The translations under genes were made by a program, and so were the position numbers. The notes under the pieces are model-generated. The model made no database searches. It was not told the DNA's origin and was given only the letters and a program-made list of their open reading frames with translations. DNA of 64,000 nucleotides from Prasinococcaceae sp. CCMP 1430 (taxonomy: Eukaryota; Plantae; Prasinodermophyta), in contig RQSC01000026.1 of the NCBI GenBank assembly GCA_013416795.1, forward strand, positions 512,330 through 576,329. The letters are read 5' to 3'. This document shows, piece by piece, positions 9,832-19,300 of this stretch (position 1 is the stretch's first letter; each line of letters begins with the position of its first letter).

Positions 9832-10777
9832 TGCTGGAGCCCGGACGGCTCGCGCCTGGCTTCGGCGAGCTACGACACGACGGTGCGCGTGTGGGACGCG
9901 TCGACCGGCAAGGCGGTGCACGTGCTCGAGGGACACGAGGATTACGTGTACTCGGCGTGCTGGAGCCCGGACGGCTCGCGCCTGGCTTCGGCGAGCTACG
10001 ACACGACGGTGCGCGTGTGGGACGCGTCGACCGGCAAGGCGGTGCACGTGCTCGAGGGACACGAGGATTACGTGTACTCGGCGTGCTGGAGCCCGGACGG
10101 CTCGCGCCTGGCTTCGGCGAGCTACGACACGACGGTGCGCGTGTGGGACGCGTCGACCGGCAAGGCGGTGCGCGTGCTCGAGGGGCACGATCGTCAAGTG
10201 TGCTCAGTGTGCTGGAGCCCGGACGGCTCGTGCCTGGCGTCGGCAAGCTCGGACAACACGGTGCGCGTGTGGGACACGTCGACCGGCGAGGCAGTGCGCG
10301 TGCTCGAGGGACACAAGGCTTATGTGGTCTCGGCGTGCTGGAGCCCGGACGGCTCGCGCCTGGCGTCGGCGAGCGGAGACATGACGGTGCGCGTGTGGGA
10401 CGCGTCGACGGGCAAGGCGGTGCACGTGCTCGAGGGACACACGCATGCAGTGGCTTCGGTGTGCTGGAGCCCGGACGGCTCGCGCCTGGCGTCGGCGAGC
10501 TGCGACAACACGGTGCGCGTGTGGGACGCGTCGACGGGCAAGGCGGTGCGCGTGCTCGAGGGCCACAGTTATTACGTGGCCTGGGTGTGCTGGAGCCCGG
10601 ACGGCTCGCGCCTGGCGTCGGCGGGCTGGGACAAGACGGTGCGCGTATGGGACGCGTCGACCGGCGAGGCGGTGCACGTGCTCGAGGGCCACACGGATGT
10701 CGAGAGCTCAGTGTGCTGGAGCCCGGACGGCTCGCGCCTGGCGTCGACGAGCAACGACAACACGGTGCGCGTGTGGC
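9832..10777 (+). repeat. 126-nt coding tandem repeat x8
   Basis: Exact 126-nt periodicity; units 1 and 2 are identical at nucleotide level. Confidence 0.95.
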
Positions 10778-10881
10778 GATTCACTTTAGGACTACCTGGC
10801 ATATACACGCGCTTGCGCTCGCGCGAACTTCAGCGTCGATCCACTCGAGCCCACTGGAGCACTCAATCGGCACACGCATGA
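9832..10881 (+). CDS. WD40-repeat protein C-terminus with 8 highly conserved 42-aa repeats (5' end missing at N 9830)
   Basis: Units CWSPDGSRLASASxDxTVRVWDASTGKAVxVLEGHxxxVxSx start at 9832, 9958, 10084, 10210, 10336, 10462, 10588 and 10714. Confidence 0.9.
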   Translation, partial: CWSPDGSRLASASYDTTVRVWDASTGKAVHVLEGHEDYVYSACWSPDGSRLASASYDTTVRVWDASTGKAVHVLEGHEDYVYSACWSPDGSRLASASYDTTVRVWDASTGKAVRVLEGHDRQVCSVCWSPDGSCLASASSDNTVRVWDTSTGEAVRVLEGHKAYVVSACWSPDGSRLASASGDMTVRVWDASTGKAVHVLEGHTHAVASVCWSPDGSRLASASCDNTVRVWDASTGKAVRVLEGHSYYVAWVCWSPDGSRLASAGWDKTVRVWDASTGEAVHVLEGHTDVESSVCWSPDGSRLASTSNDNTVRVWRFTLGLPGIYTRLRSRELQRRSTRAHWSTQSAHA

Positions 10882-11021
10882 GCTTCGAGGCGAGAGCTCG
10901 CGCGTGGCAATGGCAGTAGCTGCGCTCTTCCTTAAGAAGTGTGTCACGTGGCCCTGGCTTCCTCGCCGGTCGCCAAGGTGATGCTGTGCACGGCGTCGCC
11001 CTGCTCGCTCGCAAAAATTAA

Positions 11022-11250
11022 TCAAGCCCCTGCTCTCGCTCGGTGCCACTCGAGCGTGGGCGCGGCGATGCCGAACGTGCCGGTGACGCACACCACGGCG
11101 CGGCCGCGACGGCTCGCGCGGCCCGCGAGCGCCAGCGCCGCGTCGAGGGCCTCGCCCACGGAGGAGGCGACCTCGGCGACGGGCGTGCCCCTCGCGCCTC
11201 CCTCCCCGCCGCCGCTCGCGAGGACGGCCCGCCACGCGGCCCCAGGGGAT
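11022..11250 (-). CDS. folC: Folylpolyglutamate/dihydrofolate synthase, C-terminal fragment
   Basis: VAEVASSVGEALDAALALAG...AVVCVTGTFGIAA fits the FolC C-terminal v..Al..a....vlvtGSlylv pattern; stop at 11022. Confidence 0.55.
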
Positions 11251-11282
11251 GAGGAGAACGGCTGTCGCAAGCGATGCGGTTN

Positions 11283-11469
11283 GTGTCCGCACGCGAGCTG
11301 CGACCTTGTGCTGACCGCCCTGAGCGCTCGCCGCGGCAGGTGGCTATGGGAGGACGAGCCCAACGGCTACGCCAGCCTCGTGCCGAGGGAGGACAGAGGC
11401 GGACGCGATTACGAGAACTCACACTGGCAGTGCATCGTGGCCGCAGAGTGGCCTGGCGTGGGGGCCTAG
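11283..11469 (+). CDS. 3' end of an unidentified coding sequence
   Basis: CDLVLTALSARRGRWLWEDEPNGYASLVPREDRGGRDYENSHWQCIVAAEWPGVGA* has coding-like codon usage and is followed by AT-richer UTR-like sequence. Confidence 0.35.
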
Positions 11470-11689
11470 GAATTCCTAATAAGTAATAACGCACTAATAA
11501 CGAGGCAAGTGCTCGCACGGCAGTCCCGGGCAAGCTCAAGGCTGCGCTTCCCGCACTACCTAGGAAGGTTCCGACCACATATCGCTCTAGCTCTAGCCCT
11601 CTACTAGACTAGCTAACTCTGGCTAGCTCTCTACTAGAGTAGTTCTACTCGCTGGATGGCGTGCGAGCCACCGCGCTCAAGCGGCGATA

Positions 11690-12336
11690 GCGGCCGCCCC
11701 CCGCCGCCGCGCCCCAGCTCGCCACCTCCGCCACGCGCACGAGCGGCGCGCCCGCCCTCGCGGCCTCGTCGGCGACGACCTCCATCACCTCGGGGTAGGG
11801 CTGCGGCGCCACCACGAGGGGCACGCCCGGGCGGGCGACGCCGGCCTTGGCGCGCGCGATGCTCTCGAGCGTGCCCCCGAGCGCGTCGGCGTGCTCGAGG
11901 TGGACGGGCGTGAGCACGGACGCGGCGAGCCCCGCGCCGTCCGGCGGGGCGACGTTGGTGGCGTCGCGCACGCCGCCGAGGCCCGCCTCGAGGATGGCCA
12001 CGTCCACCCGCTCGTCGGCGAAATGCCGCAGGGCGAGCGCCGTGAACGCCTCGAAGAAGCTCAGGGCGCCGCCCTCGGCCGCGGCGGCGGAGGCGACGGT
12101 GCCCCGGTGCCGCGCGCACAGCGCGTCGAGCTCGGCGGCGGACGCCGGCACGCCCCCGACGCGCACGCGCTCGCCGAAGTGGACGACGTGCGGCGACGAG
12201 TACTCGCCCGTCGCCACGCCCGCCGCGCGCAGCACGGCACCCAGCAGCGCCGCCGTCGAGCCCTTGCCCTTGGAGCCCACCACGTGCACCAGGCGCATCG
12301 CGCGCCGCGCCGCGCCGGCCGAGGCCGAGCTGCCGG
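11690..12336 (-). CDS. folC: Folylpolyglutamate/dihydrofolate synthase, N-terminal ATPase part
   Basis: VHVVGSKGKGST (P-loop), YSSPHVVHFGERVRVGG, SFFEAFTA, VDVAILEAGLGGVRDATNV, LGGTLESIARAKAG. 5' end lies in the N gap. Confidence 0.85.
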
Positions 12337-12581
12337 NNNNNNNNNNNNNNNNNNNNNNNNNNNNNNNNNNNNNNNNNNNNNNNNNNNNNNNNNNNNNNNN
12401 NNNNNNNNNNNNNNNNNNNNNNNNNNNNNNNNNNNNNNNNNNNNNNNNNNNNNNNNNNNNNNNNNNNNNNNNNNNNNNNNNNNNNNNNNNNNNNNNNNNN
12501 NNNNNNNNNNNNNNNNNNNNNNNNNNNNNNNNNNNNNNNNNNNNNNNNNNNNNNNNNNNNNNNNNNNNNNNGCGCAAGCAC

Positions 12582-14716
12582 ATGCCGCCCCGGGAGAAGA
12601 AGCGCGCGCCGTCCGCCGAGCCGGCGGGCGCGCCGCCGGCCAAGGAGGCGCGGCCGCCGGCAAAGCCTGCCCCTCCGACGACCGCTCCCGCTCCCGACGA
12701 CCACATCGATGGCGACGGGCAAGAGAAAGAAAACGCGGTGCCCGTGGTGCGCCTCGGGCGCACCGAGTGGGCCGACGGCCGCGCGTGCACGCACGAGGTG
12801 GCGCTCCCGCCCGAAACAACAACAACAACAACAGACGCCCCCCCATCCCCGTCCCCATCCCCATCCCCATCCCACCCTACCCACAAAAAACGCGCGACGT
12901 CGATGGCCAAGCGCTACCCCTTCCGACTCGACCCCTTCCAGCAGCAGTCGATCGCGTGCCTGGAGGACGGCGAGAGCGTGCTGGTGGCGGCGCACACGTC
13001 CGCGGGCAAGACCGTCGTCGCGGAGTACGCCGTCGCCATGGCGCTGCGCGACGGCCAGCGCGTCGTGTACACGTCGCCGCTCAAGGCGCTCTCCAACCAG
13101 AAGTTCAGGGAGCTGCAGGAGGAGTTCGGCGACGTGGGCCTGCTCACCGGCGACAACTCGATAAACCCCAACGCGAGCTGCCTGGTCATGACGACGGAGA
13201 TCCTGCGCTCGATGCTCTACCGCGGGTCGGAGGTCGTGTCCAGCTGCCGCTGGCTCATCATGGACGAGATCCACTACATGCGCGACAGGGAGCGCGGCGT
13301 CGTGTGGGAGGAGTCCATCGCGCTCGCGCCGCGCGGCGCACGCTTCGTCTTCCTCAGCGCGACCATCCCCAACGCCCCCGAGTTCGCGGGCTGGGTGGCG
13401 CGCCTGCACGCGCAGCCGTGCCACGTGGTGTACACCGACTACCGCCCGACGCCCCTCGAGCACTACCTCTTCCCGGCGGGGGGGGAGGGCATATACCTGG
13501 TGGTCGACCGGGGGCGCACCTTCCGCGAGGAGAACTTCGAGCGCGCCATCGCCGCGATGGAGGCCGCCTCGCGCGAGCGGGCCGAGAGGCGCGCGGTGGA
13601 GGCCGCGCTGGCGCGCGAGGGCGGCGGCGGCGGCGGCGGGCGCCCCTCCTCCAACAGCAAGGCCGTCGTCGCCCCCCAGAACAGGAAGGGCGGCCCCTCC
13701 TCCGACATCTACAAGCTCATCAAGATGGTCATGAGCAAGGGCTTCGACCCCGTGATCGTCTTCGCGTTCTCCAAGCGCGAGTGCGACAGCCTGTCGCAGC
13801 AGATGGCGGGCATGGACCTCTCCGAGGACGGCGAGAAGCCCATGGTCGACCAGATCGTCGAGAGCGCGCTGGCCTGCCTCGACCCGGCCGACCGCGCCCT
13901 CCCTCAGGTGGCCAACCTGGTCCCCATGCTCCGGCGCGGCATCGGCGTGCACCACAGCGGCCTGCTGCCGCTGCTCAAGGAGCTCGTCGAGGTGCTCTTC
14001 CAGGAGAACTTTCTGAAGTGCCTGTTCGCCACGGAGACGTTCTCCACCGGCCTCAACATGCCCGCCAAGACCGTCGTGTTCACCAACGCGCGCAAGTTCG
14101 ACGGCGAGGGCTTCCGGTGGATCTCGGGCAGCGAGTACATCCAGATGAGCGGGCGCGCGGGCCGCCGCGGCAAGGACGACCGCGGCGTGGTCATCCTGAT
14201 GATGGAGGACAAGATGCAGCCCGAGACCGCCAAGTCGATGGTCAAGGGAAAGCCCGACCCCCTGTACTCGTCCTTCCACGTGTCGTTCTCCATGCTCATC
14301 AACATGGCCAGGTCGGCGGGCGGCGTGGAGCCCGAGGAGCTCGTGTCGAAGACCTTCGCGCAGTACCAGGCCGAGCGCGCCATGCCCGAGCTGCTCGCAA
14401 AGGCCGAGCGGCTCGAGGCGGAGCGCGACGCGATTCAGGTGGACGGCGCCGACGAGAGCGCCGTGCGCGACTACCTGGACGCCGAGGCGCGGCTGGGGGC
14501 CGCGCGCGCGCAGGCGCGCGCCATCACGCACGCGCCGCAGCACGCGCTGCCCTACCTGCAGGGCGGGCGCCTCGTCAAGGTCGCCGCCGCCGCCGGCGGC
14601 GACGGGCGGGCCTGCTGGGGCGTGGTCATCAAGAGCACGCGCACGGGGGGCGCGAGCAGCAAGGCCGAAGGAAAGAAGGCGGCCTCGGGCGGCGACGGCG
14701 CCGAGGCGGACCCCGT

Positions 14717-14749
<33 letters not shown>

Positions 14750-15897
14750 GAGGGCTTTCGGCAGGGTCTGACCCCAAATGCGCCTCCGTCGTCTGGGGCT
14801 CCCTCCTCCTCCTCCGCCTTGCTCTCGAGTATCCCGAGGTGGCGGTGCTGGGCGTCCCGCTCACGCGCGTGGTGGCCATCTCCTCGCTGCGGGTGAAGCT
14901 GCCGCCCGAGGTGCGCACGCCCGAGGGCAGGGCGCGAGCGGGCTCGGTGCTGTGCGAGGTGCTCAGGCGCGTGGCGGCCAAGGGCGCCGACGCCCCGCGC
15001 TCCGGCGACGCGAGCACAAAAAGAGCGGCCGCCGAGCCAAAGCTCCTCGACTCGAGCCGCGACCTCGGCGTGGACGCGCCCATCGTGGGCGCGCTGCAGG
15101 GCAGGATCGCCAAGCTGGAGCGCAAGCTGCGCTCGCACGCGCTGCTGGGCGGCGCCGACGCGTCGGGCGGCCTCCCCGCGGCGGCGGCGGCGGCCGTCGA
15201 GGCCGTGCGCGCGCGCGAGCGGCTGAGCGCCGCGGCCGAGGAGGCGCGCACGGAGGCGGCGGTGGCGGGGGGGCTCATCTTCAAGGACGAGATGCGCGGG
15301 CGGCGCAGGGTGCTCAAGCGCCTCGGATACGTCAGCGGCGAGGACGTGGTGCAGCTGAAGGGCCACGTGGCCGCGGAGCTGGGCGCCGCCTCGGACGAGC
15401 TGGTCATGTGCGAGCTCATCTTCTCGGGCGCCCTGCAGGAGCTCTCGGGGCCCTGCCTGGCCGCCGCGGCGAGCGTGCTGTCCTCGCCCGACCGCAAGGC
15501 GGCCGCGAAGGACAACACGCAGCCGCGGAAGCGCCTGCGGGACGATCTGGAGCGGGTGTACGAGGCCGTGTGCACCGCGGCCAAGACGGTGGGCAAGGCC
15601 ATGGTCGAATGCCGCGCGGGTGTGCTCGACGCGGACGACTTCGTGCGCTCGTTGTCGTCCGAGGCGATGGAGGTGACGCACATGTGGGCGAGCGGCGCGT
15701 CGTTCCCCGAGGTGCTCAAGATCGCGGGCGGGTTCGAGGGCAACCTCGTGCGCGGCCTGCGGCGCACGGAGGACCTCATGCGGCAGGTGGCCACCGGTGC
15801 GCGCAGGGCCGGCGAGGACGCGCTCGCGGAGGCCATGGAGGACGCGCGCGAGCTCGTGCGCAGGGGGGTCGTGTTCGCGCCCTCGCTGTACCTGTAG
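12582..15897 (+). CDS. MTR4: DExH-box RNA helicase of the nuclear exosome (Ski2 family)
   Basis: YPFRLDPFQ, AHTSAGKT, YTSPLKALSNQK, MDEIHYMRDRERGVVWEE, FATETFSTGLNMPAKT, QMSGRAGRRG and C-terminal DSHCT region (FEGNLVR...VFAPSLYL). Frame changes near 14766-14829 (possible 64-nt intron). Confidence 0.92.
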
Positions 15898-15902
15898 CCG
15901 CA

Positions 15903-16303
15903 GCAGCCGCTGGCGCCAACGCGCAGTGGCGCAGCAGCGCGCCTCTAATAACTCGAGCCACTCTCGCTCGCTCGCTCGCTCGCTCGCTCGCTGCGCCCGC
16001 AGCCACAGCCGCCGGCGCCCACGCGCAGTGGCGCAGCAACGCGCCTCTCACGAAGAGAGCCGCTCAACAACGGTCAACGGTGCGCACGCACCGAGTAGTT
16101 GTTTCACACGAGCGCGCGCGCGAGGACGTCCGGGCGCGCGGCCGGCGCGAGCGGGCGCTTCCGCCGGTGGCGCGCGCGCTCTCGGGCGCTTCCGCCGGTG
16201 GCGCGCGCGCTCTACACCTCGTCGGGTGCCTGAAGGAGGCGTGCACGACGGCGGCGCCGCTCGGGCGCTTCCGCCGGTGGCGCGCGCGCTCTACACCTCG
16301 TCG
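15903..16303. repeat. Cluster of short direct repeats between convergent MTR4 and TIMELESS 3' ends
   Basis: GGCGCC(A/C)ACGCGCAGTGGCGCAGCA(G/A)CGCGCCTCT x2, (GCTC)n, CGGGCGCTTCCGCCGGTGGCGCGCGCGCTCT x3, and a second copy of the TIMELESS stop region CTACACCTCGTCG (16211 and 16291). Confidence 0.8.
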
Positions 16304-19300
16304 TCCGAGTCGTCCAGGACGGCGGCCGCGCGGCGGCGGCCGGCCGCGGCGGCCGGCGCGGGCTTGGACGGCACGTCGTCGACGAGCTCGTCCGCGAGCT
16401 CCTCGTCCGCATCCTCGAGGAGCTCCTCGTCCACATCCTCGAGGAGCTCCTCGTCCAAGTCCCTGACGGCGGAGATGCGTCTGCGCTTCGCGCCGTGCGA
16501 CGATAGCACGGCCACCGGCGCATCGTCCTCGTCCTCGACCTCCTCCTCCTCCTCCGAGTCGCCGTCAGTCGCCGCGTCGACCGGCGCGCGCTTCCGCTTG
16601 GGCGGCGACCACGCAATCGCCGGCGCGTCCTCCAGCCGCTCGGCCGCCACCTCGGCGACCGCGCCTTCCGCCGCGGCGACCGCAGCGGCGATGGCCTGCT
16701 GCCAGTCGGCGCCCTTGGACCAGGGCAGGACGAAGAATGGCCGCTGCGGTCCACCCGGCGGCGCAAAGCCCAGCGACGCGAGCAACTCCACCACGCCGGG
16801 GTGTTCCACGGCCTTCCACTCGTCCGAGGTCACCGGCGCGAGGGCGAGGTCTTCCGCGGCGCCCTCCTCCTCGGTCAGCTCAGTGGCCGCGTCGATGCGC
16901 GCGCGCACCATCGCCAGCGCGTCCGAGGCGCTCAGCCCGCTCCAGCGCTCGCCGTAGATCGCGAGCACGCGCGCCGCGGCGGCGGCTCCCTCGCAGTCCG
17001 GGAAGGCCGCCTCTGGCGCGGGTGCGTCGCCGTCGACCCCCTCAGAAGGCTCGTCGTCCTCCGACGACGCGTCGGCGAGAGCGGCGGCGCCCTCCCTGCG
17101 CTCCTGCGCGCGGTCCTTCCTCCGCTGCGCGGCCCTGCCCGTGCGCTCGCCCTTCTGTCGCAGCCCGAGCTGCACCAGGCGCTGCGACACCTGGTTGGGG
17201 TTGTACTCCGCGCTTGAGAGGTGCGCCTTGGGATGGACGGCGGCGGCATTGAGCTCGCTGGCCATCCGGCGCGTCGCGTGTGGCTGCGCCCTGAGCTCCT
17301 CCCAGAGCTCAGCGAGCTTCGCGTCACCCTCGGCGGTCCACAGGCGGCTCTTGGGCGCACGCGGCGCCCGCCGGCCCTCCTCGTCGCTGTCCCCAGCCAT
17401 GATCGCAGCGATGTCGTCACCATCGGCGAGGACACCGGCACCGCCGCCGACGTACTCGTCGACGTCGTCGTCTCCGAGCGCATCTCCGCCCTTGCGGCGC
17501 CCGCGGCGCCCCTTGCCACGCGGGCCGGGCCGCTCCTCGGGAAGCTGGTAGTCGTTGTCGATCAGATCCACCTCGTGGGGCGTCTTCCAGAAGAGCGTGT
17601 CTACCAGCAGCAGGTTGCCGAGGGGTCCCTTGAGCTTGCGCACGTAGTGGCGCGTCACCTGCGCAGCGAAGTGGCGCAGCTCCTGCTGGTCGCGGCGAGC
17701 CTTGGGGCCGCTGAGGTTCTTGTCGCTCAGGACGCGGTAGAAGAGGCCGAGCACGCTGAGCTGGAAGAGGTACGCCTCCAGGCCGCAGTCCTGCGACAGG
17801 CGCGAGAGCATCTTGACAGCCGCGTGGTTCAGGGCCGGGTCGTTCGTGGCGTAGCCCTCAAGCAAGAAGCAGTAGTTGGCGAACACGCGCACGTGCCCAA
17901 ACGCCGCCACCTCGTGCTTGAGATCCATTGCGACCTCGTGCTTTCGCACGATCATGCCCTTGCGCCCCGCACGCTTTCCTTTCGCCTTTTCCTCGGGCGT
18001 CGCCTCCGCAGCTCCCCCCTCGGCCTCAGCGCCGCCGGCGCCGTGCGCCCCCGGGCCCTCGGCGTGACCGCCGTCCGCGACCAAGTTGCCCCCCCCGGCC
18101 GCGTCCTGCAGCCCCGGACGAGCACCGTCTCCTTCAGCGCCGACGCCATCCGCGGCGGCAGTCTGGTCCGCGGGAGCCGGAGGGGCCCCGTCGCCCTCGC
18201 CCTCGACCGCCGGCTCACCAGCGGCGGCGGGTGTTTCGTCCGCGCGCGGCTCGATGGGCGCGCCCGCAGCGGGTGGCTCCGCTGCCGCCCCCTCAGAGGC
18301 GTCGGTCGCAGCGGGCTCACCGCCTTCTGCGGCGGGCCGCTCCTCAGCGTCGGCCCCCGGACCCGGCGCACTTGTCGCCGCGGGCGACGCCTCAGCCGCC
18401 TGTGGGGGGGAAGGGGCCGCGAGCTCGGCGCCCGTCTCGGGAGACGGCTCGTCCGCGGGACGCTCGCGTGCGGGCGCAGCCTCTGGGCTCGGGGACTTGC
18501 CAGTCGCCGCGATGCTGCGAGGCAGAGGGGAGGGTACCTTCTCCTCGAAGTCGAGGCCGAGGCCGTCGAACGGGAAGTTGACGTCTGCCAGCTCGTAGCC
18601 GTCGTCTTCCGCCAGGCTCAGCTTCAGGCTGGCATCATCGGGCCCGGGCTCGACCCAGTCTCCCAAGGTCGGCGGCAACGCGAGCTTGGCAATCTCCATG
18701 GGATCGGCGCCTGGCGACGCCTCATGCGGAGGGCTCGGCGGCGGCGACGGCGGGGGCGGACCCTCCGTGTCCTCAGGCCCGACGTCTGTCGCCCTCTCAT
18801 CGCCCTCCTCCGCAGGCTCGTGCTCCTCGGCGTCACCGTCGGCCTCCTCCGCAGGCTCGTGCTCCTCGGCAGCCATGGTGGCCCAGCCCGTGGGCTCGTC
18901 CTCCGCCGGCTGCGACGGCGCGGCTTGCGTCGGGTCGAACTCAATCTGCATGCCGTCACCGTCGCCCTCGTCGACGCGCGCCACGAAGGCGGCGCACTCC
19001 TCCTTGCAAATCTTCTTGAGGGTCTTGTCCTCCCCCTCCGGAAGGCCCAGGGCCTCGACCTCGCTCCTCACCGACTTGATGGAGACCTCCTGCACGGTCT
19101 CCTCTGTCACTGCAAAGAGGACGCGGCGCACGGCGATGCGGAGGGCGTACGTTTCGTCGCTGTCGGCAGCATCTCGAGCCCACAGGTGGTCAATCTCCTC
19201 CTGCAAGACACGGCGCACCTCGACGTCCGGAGCCTCCCTCTCACCCAGGCGCATGAAGGCGCCCTCCAGAACGCCACCCTCTTGAGCAGCCTCGATGCCC

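Noticed and set aside
9832-10777. CRISPR-like array
   Set aside because: The units are contiguous in-frame coding repeats without spacers, in a eukaryotic context.
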